Source: Patescibacteria group bacterium
GTDB taxonomy: Bacteria > Patescibacteriota > Kazan-3B-28 > UBA10110
Assembly (NCBI GenBank): GCA_043802665.1
Contig: JAZDKW010000010.1
Coordinates: 4,024 to 68,023 of the forward strand
Direction of reading: 5' to 3'
DNA: 64,000 nt
The notes below the pieces were generated by a model. It saw only the letters and a list, made by a program, of their open reading frames with translations, was not told where the DNA came from and did no database searches. Shown in pieces: positions 29,932 to 39,565 of the stretch (positions are counted from its first letter, which is position 1; every line of letters begins with the position of its first letter). A program made the translations under genes and the position numbers.

Positions 29932-32900
29932 TTAAGGTGCTAAAACCGACATTAATTCTTTTTCTAATTCAGGGGTACGGGCAGTCCGAGTAGTAGTTTT
30001 TAATCTTTGCTGGCGCCCGTTTGTAAAAACCTCTAATTCTACACTGATTTCTCCCGGATGCCTTTCCAGAACGGTTTTGAGAGATTTCAACTTATCGCCA
30101 TTAAAACCTATGGGGACTTTGATTAACAAATTATTTTCACTAAAATACCACCGACTAACAGTAGCTCTGGAAGGCTCTATTTGACTACTTTCCGTAGATA
30201 AAGATGGCATCTGCGCTAAATATTCATCAGTGATCTCCACAATGCTATCGGCTACGATTTTAGCCTCGCTTTTTACTATCATTTCATCCCCCTCTTCTAT
30301 CGCCCTATCTTTCACATTAACTTTCCCTTCGATTAATAGAATCTTATCCGTGGTCAATAAATGACCATAATTATTCATCAAGTTAGGAAAAACAATGACT
30401 TCCAAACTACCGCTCAAGTCCTCAAGGCGCATAAAAGCCATCGGCTCCCGATTCCGCGTGATAGTTTTTTGCATCGATGTAACGATACCCCCCACTTTAA
30501 TTTTTTTATTATCAAAAGAATTATTAATCCGGGCAATTTCTCTTACTTTGCCTGCTAATTTAGGCATCATCTCTTTTAAAGGATGTTTGGAAACATAGGT
30601 ACCTAATAGTTCTTTTTCCCAAGCCAACCGCTCCCGTTCAGTCGATTGTTCACTGGCTTTTAATTGGAAAGTGGGAGCTTCTGTCGTCATCTCGCCAAAA
30701 ATTCCGATCTGATTACTATCACGATGCCGGTGAAAATTAGCTACAAAATCTACCATATTATCTACGTTGTTCAACAGCTCTTTACGATCACCAAAATCAT
30801 CTAAAGCACCTACTCGCGCCAAAGATTCTAAAACTTTTTTATTGATAGCCTCCTTGGGCACACGAGTAAGAAAATTGGTTAAGTCCTGATATGCTCCGTT
30901 CCGTTGGCGCTCATCTTCAATTAACTCAGAAACCTTGCGACCAACATTTTTAATTACATTTAGACCAAACCTAATGTGCCCCGTTCCCTTAACTACCGCA
31001 AAGTCAGTAAAGCTCTCATTAACCGAGGGCGGCAGCACTTTGATGCTGAACCGCTCCGCCTCAGCGATATCTTTAGCCACTCTATCCAGATCTCCTTGAT
31101 CCGAAGTAAGCAAAGCGGCCAAAAACTCATTAGGAAAATGCACTTTTAGGTAGGCCGTCCAATAAGCAATCACTGCATAGGAAGCCGCGTGAGCCTTATT
31201 AAAACCGTACTTAGCAAACGGTTTGACGAATTCAAACAGCTGTTCGGCAATCTTGCGGTCGATACCATTATCAATACCTCCTTTAATAAATTTGATTTGC
31301 TGTTGCATGAGCAAAACTTCATCTTTTTTTCCGATTGCTTTACGCAAGACATCTGCCTCTCCTAAAGTAAACCCGCACAAATCCCGAGCAATTTGCAATA
31401 CCTGTTCTTGGTACACGGCAATGCCATAAGTTGGTTTGAGAATGGGCTCTAATTTAGGATGTAAATATTCAATTTTTTTACGACCGCGTTTGCGATCAAT
31501 GAAATCTGGGATGAGCTCGATCGGCCCAGGCCGATAAAGTGCCACCATCGCGATCAGATCGTCTAAAGCCGATGGTTTTAACTCCTGCAAATTGCGCCGC
31601 ATTCCCTCGCTTTCAAACTGGAATACGCCCACTGTCTCCCCCCGGCTCAGCAAAGTATAGGCCGCCGGATCGTCAAAAGTAATCTTAGTGATATCAATTT
31701 CCTGATCACGCGTCTTGCGAATAATCCGAATGGCATTTCTAATAATAGTAAGGTTTTTGAGGCCCAAAAAATCAATCTTTAGAAGGCCCAATTTTTCAAT
31801 CGGCCCCATAGAATATTGGGTGACTAAAGATACTTCGCCCTTAACGGCACGTTGGGTAGGAGTATAATTTACTAAATCCTTGTCTCCAATAACTACTCCG
31901 GCGGCATGAGTAGAGGTATGTCGTGCCACTCCTTCCAATTTTTTCGATAGATCAATTAGACGTTTAATTTGAGGATCGGTGTCGTAGAGTTTTTTCAGTT
32001 CGCCTACCGTAGCCATGGCCTCGGTAAGACTAAGCCCAAACGGAATTAATTTGGCGATTCTATCTACATCGTTATACACGAGACCTAACGTGCGACCCGT
32101 GTCACGCACTGCAGCGCGCGATGCCATCGTCCCAAAAGTGATAATTTGAGCAACACGAGCTTCTCCGTGCTTCTCCACCACATAACGAATTACTTCTTCC
32201 CGGCGATCATCAGCAAAATCAATATCAAAATCTGGCATACTAATCCGTTCTGGATTTAGAAACCGTTCAAAAAATAAACCATATTCTAAAGGGTCTAAAT
32301 CAGTGATATTTAATACATACGACACCATACTGGCGGCACCGCTCCCCCGACCCGGACCTACCACTACCCCGTGCTCTTTGGCCCAACGAATTAAATCCTC
32401 TACTACCAAAAAGTACGACTCGTAATGCATCTGGTTAATAATTCCCAGCTCATATTTGATCCGGTCCAAAACTGCTTGACTGGGCCGGTCACCAAATCTA
32501 ACCTGAATGCCCCGCTGGACCAGCTGATCCAAATATTCCTGCTCTGAGATTAAACCTGCAGGCAGGTCAAATTTAGGTAAAATAATTTTACCTAACTCCA
32601 ATTCTACATTACAAAGCTCGGCAATTTTATCCGTATTGGCGATCGCTTCCGGAGTGTCAGCAAAGGCTTCAGCCATTACCCCCGGACTTTTTAAATCAAA
32701 AGTGTCACCGTGCATATTAAATCTGTTTTCGTCTGAAAGAAGCGACCCCGTTTGCACACACAGCAGTACATCTTGCGCTTCAGCGTCTTCCGGAGTCAAG
32801 TAATGCGCATCGCAAGTGACTACCAAGGGAATATTGATTTCGTGTGCCAATTCCTTCATAGCCGAATTCGCTTTGATCTGATCAGGCAGATTAAAATGTG

Positions 32901-33420
32901 GCATTAATTCAATATAATAATCTTTTCCAAACACTTCTTGATGCCAAAGAGCTACTTTTTTAGCCTCATCCATCCGGCCTTCTAAAATAGCTTGTGGCAA
33001 CTCTCCGGCCAGGCACCCAGACATCGCAATTAACCCCTCTTTATGCTGAGCCAAAAATTCATGGTCAATCCGCGGTTTATAGTAATACCCATCTAAGTGA
33101 GCTTTAGTGGTAATTTTTAATAAATTAAGATAACCCTGATAGTTTTTAGCCAACAAAGTGAGATGAAAATAACCCTTTTCTCCTTTGACAAAAGTGCGAT
33201 CATCTAACTTACCCTTAGCGACATAAATCTCACACCCTAATATGGGCTTGATGCCTTGTTTGTGGCACTCCAAATAAAACTCAACGATGCCGTACATCAC
33301 CCCATGGTCAGTCAAAGCCAAAGCGGTAGCTCCTTGCGCCTTAGCGGCAGCTACTAAGTCTGGGATTTTAGTCAGGCCATCCAATAAGCTGTAATGGCTG
33401 TGCACATGCAAATGGACCAC
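29932..33420 (-). CDS. dnaE: DNA polymerase III alpha subunit
   Basis: HLHVHSHYSLLDG PHP domain, GRGSGAAS, PDFDIDF, YGFNKAHA. Confidence 0.98.
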   Translation of the reverse strand: MVHLHVHSHYSLLDGLTKIPDLVAAAKAQGATALALTDHGVMYGIVEFYLECHKQGIKPILGCEIYVAKGKLDDRTFVKGEKGYFHLTLLAKNYQGYLNLLKITTKAHLDGYYYKPRIDHEFLAQHKEGLIAMSGCLAGELPQAILEGRMDEAKKVALWHQEVFGKDYYIELMPHFNLPDQIKANSAMKELAHEINIPLVVTCDAHYLTPEDAEAQDVLLCVQTGSLLSDENRFNMHGDTFDLKSPGVMAEAFADTPEAIANTDKIAELCNVELELGKIILPKFDLPAGLISEQEYLDQLVQRGIQVRFGDRPSQAVLDRIKYELGIINQMHYESYFLVVEDLIRWAKEHGVVVGPGRGSGAASMVSYVLNITDLDPLEYGLFFERFLNPERISMPDFDIDFADDRREEVIRYVVEKHGEARVAQIITFGTMASRAAVRDTGRTLGLVYNDVDRIAKLIPFGLSLTEAMATVGELKKLYDTDPQIKRLIDLSKKLEGVARHTSTHAAGVVIGDKDLVNYTPTQRAVKGEVSLVTQYSMGPIEKLGLLKIDFLGLKNLTIIRNAIRIIRKTRDQEIDITKITFDDPAAYTLLSRGETVGVFQFESEGMRRNLQELKPSALDDLIAMVALYRPGPIELIPDFIDRKRGRKKIEYLHPKLEPILKPTYGIAVYQEQVLQIARDLCGFTLGEADVLRKAIGKKDEVLLMQQQIKFIKGGIDNGIDRKIAEQLFEFVKPFAKYGFNKAHAASYAVIAYWTAYLKVHFPNEFLAALLTSDQGDLDRVAKDIAEAERFSIKVLPPSVNESFTDFAVVKGTGHIRFGLNVIKNVGRKVSELIEDERQRNGAYQDLTNFLTRVPKEAINKKVLESLARVGALDDFGDRKELLNNVDNMVDFVANFHRHRDSNQIGIFGEMTTEAPTFQLKASEQSTERERLAWEKELLGTYVSKHPLKEMMPKLAGKVREIARINNSFDNKKIKVGGIVTSMQKTITRNREPMAFMRLEDLSGSLEVIVFPNLMNNYGHLLTTDKILLIEGKVNVKDRAIEEGDEMIVKSEAKIVADSIVEITDEYLAQMPSLSTESSQIEPSRATVSRWYFSENNLLIKVPIGFNGDKLKSLKTVLERHPGEISVELEVFTNGRQQRLKTTTRTARTPELEKELMSVLAP

Positions 33421-33488
33421 TTTTTTCCTCCTACCATAAAACTACGATAAACGTACTTTTTATTCTAACAGATTAATCTCAACCTTGC

Positions 33489-34133
33489 TTAGCGGCGCCG
33501 GCGCTCAAAAAACAACCAACTGATAAGTACTAATGCGAATACAGCACCCAAGATTATTACTACTCCCCAGACCCAATTCAAAATAGAATGGGTGATCCAG
33601 ATCGCTGCATCTACTAATGCCCCGCCCCAAAGAGTATCGTTAAGAAACCATACCCCGACCAAAAAGATTAATATCCCCAAAAACATATCCCGCAACAGGT
33701 GGGGGTGAGACTCACCAAAATAAACTACCTCATTAACAAATACTTGCCATCCGCTCTTCTCGCGATAATCTTTCCCCATCATATCCAAAATTGACTTAAG
33801 ATAGATTCCCGTAGCTTCCTTCGCAGTTTTAGCATCTACAAAAAATCCGGGCACCTCTACGATGTCTTCATATACTTTCCGGCTCTCCAACAAACCTTTC
33901 ATATTGGAAAATAAATTCGCCGAATTTTGGATCGCTTCGTTCACTGTTTCGCCGAAACTAATCACACCCAAAACTTCACGAAAAAGTTTATCCGCCTCTA
34001 CTACGGCCATATTTAAAGCCGCTTTGCTTTTTTGAGCTAACAGTTTTTCAATACGATCCCATTCTTTCTCGATGATGATTTCTTCCTGCTCAATTTCCTG
34101 CTCGGGAGAAGGATCTAAAATTTCATCTTCCAT
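33489..34133 (-). CDS. hypothetical membrane protein
   Basis: Helical N-terminal domain (AVVEADKL) plus two C-terminal TM segments. Confidence 0.7.
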   Translation of the reverse strand: MEDEILDPSPEQEIEQEEIIIEKEWDRIEKLLAQKSKAALNMAVVEADKLFREVLGVISFGETVNEAIQNSANLFSNMKGLLESRKVYEDIVEVPGFFVDAKTAKEATGIYLKSILDMMGKDYREKSGWQVFVNEVVYFGESHPHLLRDMFLGILIFLVGVWFLNDTLWGGALVDAAIWITHSILNWVWGVVIILGAVFALVLISWLFFERRRR

Positions 34134-34135
34134 AA

Positions 34136-36496
34136 TTAATAGAAATTAATAATTTTATCCAGTACAAACTTATAATTCTTGTTTTCAACTAATTCCGCCA
34201 GTTTGGGATCTTGTTTAATTGCCGCAAGGACCTCTCCCTCATTCGCACCAGCTGGCATTTCCACGATACCCCGCTTTTTCCCGGTTTCCTGTACCACCAA
34301 GGTCACAAAGGTCAATTTGGCTTTAGCGGCATTAGCCTCTGGCCAACGAGTACTAAGCACACTCCCCTTTTTGCCCAAAACTCCCTGCCAAAGTTCTTCG
34401 GCCAAGTGCGGAGCAAACGGTGCTAACAAAATGATGAAATTTTCTATCCAACCGTTACTTTTGCAGTCAGCAATCGCCCCATTGATAAAAATCATAAAGG
34501 TACTAACCGCCGTATTAAAATGAAGCTCTTCTATATCTTTAGTAATTTTAATGATCAACCGATGCATATCGTTTTCTTTGCTATCATCCTGGGGCAACTT
34601 CACCCTTTCTTGAATTAAGCGATATGTCCGATCCAAGAATTTCTTTACTCCCTCAATCCCGGCCGTGCTCCACGGGATCGGCTGATCAAACGGTCCCATA
34701 AACATTTCGTACATCCTGAGGGCATCTGCGCCAAAACCTTCCACCACTTCATCTGGGTTAATGACATTGCCTTTGGATTTGCTCATTTTTTCACCGTTTT
34801 CACCTAAAATCAGCCCCTGATGACGCAATTTCAAGAACGGCTCATCAAAACTTAAGTAACCCAATTTATGCAGAACTTTAGTAATAAATCTAGCAAATAT
34901 TAGGTGCCCTGTGGCATGCTCCGCACCCCCAATATAGATATCCACGGGTAGCCAATACTTTAATTTATCAGGGTCAGCGAATTCTCTATTGTTTTGGGGG
35001 TCGGCATAGCGTAGATAATACCACGATGAGCAAACAAAAGTATCTAATGTATCGTACTCTCGTCGTACTGCTTTGGGATACCCCGCAGGCAATTTTTTAA
35101 ATTCTTCGGAATAAGTTAAGGGTGATTCGCCGGTAGGCCTAAACTCTACGTCGGTCGGCAAAATCACGGGCAGATCTTCCATTTTGATTGGAATCGGATT
35201 TTCATTTTTGTCATACAAAATAGGAATTGGTGTCCCCCAGTATCTTTGCCTACTCACCAACCAATCTCGCAACCGATATTTTATGGTAATTTCTCCGCCT
35301 ACCAGCTTAGTAATCGCTTTGCTTGCATCACTGTAATCTATCCCGTCAAACTTCCCGGAATTGATTAGTTTGCCAGTACCAGTAAACGGTAATTCTCCGT
35401 CGCCTGAGATAACTTCTTTAATTGATAAATCAAACTTTTGGGCAAAAACAAAATCACGCATATCGTGAGCAGGTACACACATTACTGCGCCATATCCGTA
35501 ACCAGCCAGTACATAATCCGCTACCCAAATAGGGATTTTTTCGTTATTAGCCGGATTAATCGCATAAGCTCCGGTAAAAACACCTGTTTTGTCTTTGGTT
35601 TCGGCTATCCGATCTAATTCGGTTTTCTTTGCAGTAGTTTCCTGATATTTTTTGACTTCCGTTTTGTATTCATCGGTTACAATGTTATCTAAATCAGTAT
35701 ATTCCGGCGCTAATACCATATAAGTGGCACCAAATAATGTATCTGGCCGGGTAGTAAAAACCTTTATCTTCATATCAGAGTCTTTGACCTGGAACTCAAT
35801 ATCTGCGCCTTCGGATTTACCGATCCAATTACGTTGGATCTCTTTAGTGCTCTCCGGCCAATCTAATTTGCCTAACCCTGCAATTAAATCTTCAGCAAAA
35901 TCAGTGATCTTGAAAAACCACTGTTTGCGTTTTTCCTGCACTACGGCTGTGCCGCACCGTTCACAACACCCCCCTACCACCTGTTCATTCGCTAATACAG
36001 TTTTGTCATTAGGACACCAATTTACAAATGCCTCTTTTTGATAGGCCAAACCATTTTTATAGAGCTCCAGGAATAACCACTGGGTCCATTTATAATATTC
36101 CGGGTCAGAAGTGACAATTTGCCGGCTCCAATCATAAGAAAGGCCCAACATATTAAGCTGTTGGCTAAAACGTGTGATGTTTTGAGCAGTATTCTCCGCT
36201 GGTGGCACCCCTTTTTTGATGGCCGCGTTTTCGGCAGGCAAACCAAACGCATCAAACCCTACCGGGTGCAATATACTGAAGCCATTTAGTCTAAAATAAT
36301 GCGACAAAATATCGCTGGCAGTGTAACTTCTGGGATGCCCAACATGTAATCCATCCCCCGAGGGGTATGGGAACATATCTAAAACGTATTTTTTATCCCC
36401 TGCTTCCTTTGCCAAAAATAACTGGTTTTTCTCCCAATATTTCTGCCATTTAGCATCCAATTTCTGGTGGTCGTATTTTTCCTTTATCTCTGCCAT
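34136..36496 (-). CDS. leuS: leucine--tRNA ligase
   Basis: MFPYPSG.GLHVGH, FTTRPDT, SRQRYWG, KMSKS. Confidence 0.98.
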   Translation of the reverse strand: MAEIKEKYDHQKLDAKWQKYWEKNQLFLAKEAGDKKYVLDMFPYPSGDGLHVGHPRSYTASDILSHYFRLNGFSILHPVGFDAFGLPAENAAIKKGVPPAENTAQNITRFSQQLNMLGLSYDWSRQIVTSDPEYYKWTQWLFLELYKNGLAYQKEAFVNWCPNDKTVLANEQVVGGCCERCGTAVVQEKRKQWFFKITDFAEDLIAGLGKLDWPESTKEIQRNWIGKSEGADIEFQVKDSDMKIKVFTTRPDTLFGATYMVLAPEYTDLDNIVTDEYKTEVKKYQETTAKKTELDRIAETKDKTGVFTGAYAINPANNEKIPIWVADYVLAGYGYGAVMCVPAHDMRDFVFAQKFDLSIKEVISGDGELPFTGTGKLINSGKFDGIDYSDASKAITKLVGGEITIKYRLRDWLVSRQRYWGTPIPILYDKNENPIPIKMEDLPVILPTDVEFRPTGESPLTYSEEFKKLPAGYPKAVRREYDTLDTFVCSSWYYLRYADPQNNREFADPDKLKYWLPVDIYIGGAEHATGHLIFARFITKVLHKLGYLSFDEPFLKLRHQGLILGENGEKMSKSKGNVINPDEVVEGFGADALRMYEMFMGPFDQPIPWSTAGIEGVKKFLDRTYRLIQERVKLPQDDSKENDMHRLIIKITKDIEELHFNTAVSTFMIFINGAIADCKSNGWIENFIILLAPFAPHLAEELWQGVLGKKGSVLSTRWPEANAAKAKLTFVTLVVQETGKKRGIVEMPAGANEGEVLAAIKQDPKLAELVENKNYKFVLDKIINFY

Positions 36497-36561
36497 ACTA
36501 TTAAATTAAGCCACCCATAGTAGCAGCTTAATTTTATCACAAACCAAATTTAGGTCTGCCA

Positions 36562-37101
36562 TCACTTAACTGGCCTGGAAACTAATTGCCAGATTTTTTG
36601 GATAGCAAATTCTTCATTCCCTACTACCAATTTATACAGCACTGGACTAACTACCACCGCGAAAATTACATTTCCGCCCAGGTGCCAAAGGGTAAATGGA
36701 ATTTGGCCGATGAGCGCTTGCATAAATGACATCTTAAAAATTACACTGCTCATAATCGGGCCGGTGATAAAATCGTAAATCAGAGTGGCCACAACAGAAA
36801 ATCCAGCAAAATTCAAAGCACTGGCTGATCGATTCTTAAACCACCAGGCCGCTCCCAACCCCACCAAACCATACATCGCCGCAGTCACCCAAGTCCAAAC
36901 CCCAAACTTAGTCAGCAAATCAAAAATAATGATACTTAAAAATCCGAAAGCAAAACCGCCAAGATAGTTAAACCGTTTGCCGAATGGCATAGTGGTTGCC
37001 ATCACTGGTTCTATATTAGGCACTCTCCATGGGATTAGCCGAATTAGCAAAACCACCGCCAGGCCCAGGATATACTTTATCACAAGATTAACCTTTTTCA
37101 T
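36562..37101 (-). CDS. putative ECF transporter S-component-like membrane protein
   Basis: RLIP..PNIEPV N-terminus and about 5-6 TM helices. Confidence 0.6.
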   Translation of the reverse strand: MKKVNLVIKYILGLAVVLLIRLIPWRVPNIEPVMATTMPFGKRFNYLGGFAFGFLSIIIFDLLTKFGVWTWVTAAMYGLVGLGAAWWFKNRSASALNFAGFSVVATLIYDFITGPIMSSVIFKMSFMQALIGQIPFTLWHLGGNVIFAVVVSPVLYKLVVGNEEFAIQKIWQLVSRPVK

Positions 37102-37214
37102 CCCGTTAGAGGCAAACTGCCTTAGTTAATAATAAACTTCTGCACATACATTATCTGAGTTGAGAGTTAACCGTTAGTTCACGAAACCTTTTGAGGCCCC
37201 TGCCTCTAACGGGA
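37101..37214. mobile_element. MITE-like element, copy 3, in a start codon
   Basis: Perfect 14-bp TIR TCCCGTTAGAGGCA / TGCCTCTAACGGGA with TTCA direct repeats. Confidence 0.8.
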
Positions 37215-37308
37215 TTCATCTCCACCCCGCCCTTAATAATAGGTAACCGTATAATACCACACTGATAAAATCGGTTAGCAGACTCGAACAGAGACTTTTA
37301 TTATCTTT

Positions 37309-37340
37309 TTTGAACGGCCCAACGCGTTGGGCCGTTCAAA
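37309..37340. repeat. long palindrome related to 10222-10255
   Basis: tttgaacggcccaacgcgttgggccgttcaaa. Confidence 0.8.
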
Positions 37341-37372
37341 TCAAGCTTAAATTTGCGGGAGATTTTCCATTT

Positions 37373-37390
37373 TGGTGGACCGTACCGGAT
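37373..37390 (-). repeat. duplicated tRNA-Ala 3' end (att-like)
   Basis: tggtggaccgtaccggat is identical to 37537-37554. Confidence 0.85.
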
Positions 37391-37536
37391 GATTTTCCCT
37401 GCTGCTGCAGGGGCCCTTCGTTCGCCGCAATAAGGAAAGACACATACATATAAAGCAGCTCACGGACGAACCTCTCCCCGGTTTTCATCTGCACTATCAC
37501 CAGAATGAAAATCTCCCGTCGGGGAGTTTTTCATTC

Positions 37537-37613
37537 TGGTGGACCGTACCGGATTCGAACCGGTGACCTCTACGATGCCATCGTAGCGCTCTACCAAGCT
37601 AAGCTAACGGCCC
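37537..37613 (-). tRNA. tRNA-Ala(GGC)
   Basis: GGGCCGT...CTACG-ATGGCAT-CGTAG...GGTTCGAATCC...ACGGTCCACCA. Confidence 0.95.
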
Positions 37614-37668
37614 TTCCTTTACCACAGGATAGCTGACAATTACCATTATCGCAAGTTATACTAAAAGC

Positions 37669-39021
37669 ATGAATACCTCTATCCAATTTTTAGGAGCCTG
37701 CGGCACCGTCACGGGCTCTAATTACCTCATTACTTTAGGGGAAACGAGGTTCTTGGTCGATTGCGGTCTGTTCCAAGGAGATTGGGCCAATCAACAACAT
37801 AACTACGAACCCTTCGCCTTCAATCCCCAAGAAATTGATTTTATGGTCTTAACCCATGCTCATTTAGACCACTGCGGCCGAATCCCCAAGCTTTACCGCG
37901 AAGGTTTCCGCGGAAAAATATATTGCACCCCCGCCACCGCCGAGCTCACCAAGACTATCCTCACTGATGCCGCGCAGATCCAGGAACATGGAGTACGCGA
38001 AGAACAAATTGAGGAATTATTTAACAGGCAAGATGCTACAGGTGCCACCAAGCTTTTCCACCGACTGGACTACCAAAATGAATTTAAAATTAATCCCAAG
38101 ATTAAGCTCCGCTTGCAGGATGCCGGACATATTTTAGGCTCTGCTATAGTAGAACTCTGGGTAGAAGACAAGAAATTAGTTTTTTCGGGTGATTTAGGAA
38201 ACAGCCCTGTTCCTATTCTCCGCGATCCTGCCATAATTCACGAAGCAGACTACGTTATTTGCGAATCCACTTATGGTAACCGCTTGCATACTCCTTTGCA
38301 AAATCGGGAGAAAGATCTTCTCCAGGCCGCTCTTTTTGCCAAACAACATAAAGCAGTGGCTATCGTCCCCTCTTTCGCACTCGAACGAACCCAAGACCTT
38401 TTATACACAATCAATTTATTAATCAACCAAGGCAAGTTCCCTAAAATACCAGTAATTTTAGACAGCCCCTTAGCCGCAACCATCACCACTATCTATAAAA
38501 AGTACACTCATTTATTTGATGAAACTTTTCAAAAATACCTCAAAGACGACCCCGATCTTTTCGATTTCCCTGGATTGCAAATTACCACTACTGCCGTGCA
38601 ATCCAAAAAACTTAATACTTTTGATAAAGCGGCGATGATTATCGCCGGTTCCGGTATGGCTGATGCGGGCCGGGTACCCCACCACATCTTGCACCATGGG
38701 AGTAATCCAAATACCCAAATCCTATTCACCGGCTTTCAGGTTCCTGGAACGTTGGGCCGCAAGATCTTGGAAGGAGCCAAGCGAATTCAGGCCTACGGAC
38801 AATCCACTACCATAAAGGCTAAGGTAGCCAATATCGAAGCCTTCTCTTCTCATGCTGACCAAGCAGGCATCCTTAAATGGTTAGGAGGATTTCGTACCCA
38901 TCCTCAAGTTTTTGTGACCCATGGCGACGATGAACCCCGCCAAATACTCTCGGGAAAAATAAGCCAAGAACTCAAACTCAAAAACCACCAGCCCACCCTG
39001 AAAGAAATTATCCAGCTTTAG
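37669..39021 (+). CDS. MBL-fold beta-CASP ribonuclease
   Basis: VDCGLFQG, THAHLDHCG, AGHILGS, FSGDLG, ESTYG, FSSHAD, VTHG. Confidence 0.93.
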   Translation: MNTSIQFLGACGTVTGSNYLITLGETRFLVDCGLFQGDWANQQHNYEPFAFNPQEIDFMVLTHAHLDHCGRIPKLYREGFRGKIYCTPATAELTKTILTDAAQIQEHGVREEQIEELFNRQDATGATKLFHRLDYQNEFKINPKIKLRLQDAGHILGSAIVELWVEDKKLVFSGDLGNSPVPILRDPAIIHEADYVICESTYGNRLHTPLQNREKDLLQAALFAKQHKAVAIVPSFALERTQDLLYTINLLINQGKFPKIPVILDSPLAATITTIYKKYTHLFDETFQKYLKDDPDLFDFPGLQITTTAVQSKKLNTFDKAAMIIAGSGMADAGRVPHHILHHGSNPNTQILFTGFQVPGTLGRKILEGAKRIQAYGQSTTIKAKVANIEAFSSHADQAGILKWLGGFRTHPQVFVTHGDDEPRQILSGKISQELKLKNHQPTLKEIIQL

Positions 39022-39031
39022 TCTGGCTGAC

Positions 39032-39565
39032 TTAGATTTTGATGTTTTTAGCTACTGCTTCTACCCAAGGCAAGGATTTTTCTTTGCCAGATATAGCAAA
39101 ATAAACTCCGATTAGACTCAATCCTGCGAATCCCAACCAAGCTATTTGGTAAAGGAATTTGATTGCTCCTGCCGCGTGCAAAGAGAACAGGGTCAGTAAA
39201 AAAGATTCGACCAGCCAAAGCAAAAACCAAACTACTAACTCGGCAACAAATAAGGCTATCCCCCGTTTGATATGAAAAGCCACGAATGGGATATCTTTTT
39301 TGACTACCCAAGGTATGATAAACAAAACCGAGAGATAACTTAGAGCGGCGAATATTTTAGTATCACCATCTAATGCCGCTGGTTTTGGCTGAGGAGGTTG
39401 AGAAGAATTAGCAGAAATACTTGGGGTTGGCACAACCGAGGTCGGCTCCGATTGAACTGGGGTTGGTTCCGGCTGAGATGATGGGGCTATAGGTTGAACC
39501 TCCGGTGTTACAGGCTGGTTCTCGGGTTGGGTCTCGGGTTGAAGAGGTGATGATGAGTTATCCAT
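39032..39565 (-). CDS. DUF4870-like membrane protein with Pro-rich N-terminus
   Basis: AALSYL...FVAFH...G....LPW pattern. Confidence 0.7.
   Translation of the reverse strand: MDNSSSPLQPETQPENQPVTPEVQPIAPSSQPEPTPVQSEPTSVVPTPSISANSSQPPQPKPAALDGDTKIFAALSYLSVLFIIPWVVKKDIPFVAFHIKRGIALFVAELVVWFLLWLVESFLLTLFSLHAAGAIKFLYQIAWLGFAGLSLIGVYFAISGKEKSLPWVEAVAKNIKI

Noticed and set aside
29932-36496. Inteins in dnaE or leuS
   Set aside because: Lengths are normal, and no intein splice motifs or endonuclease insert were seen.
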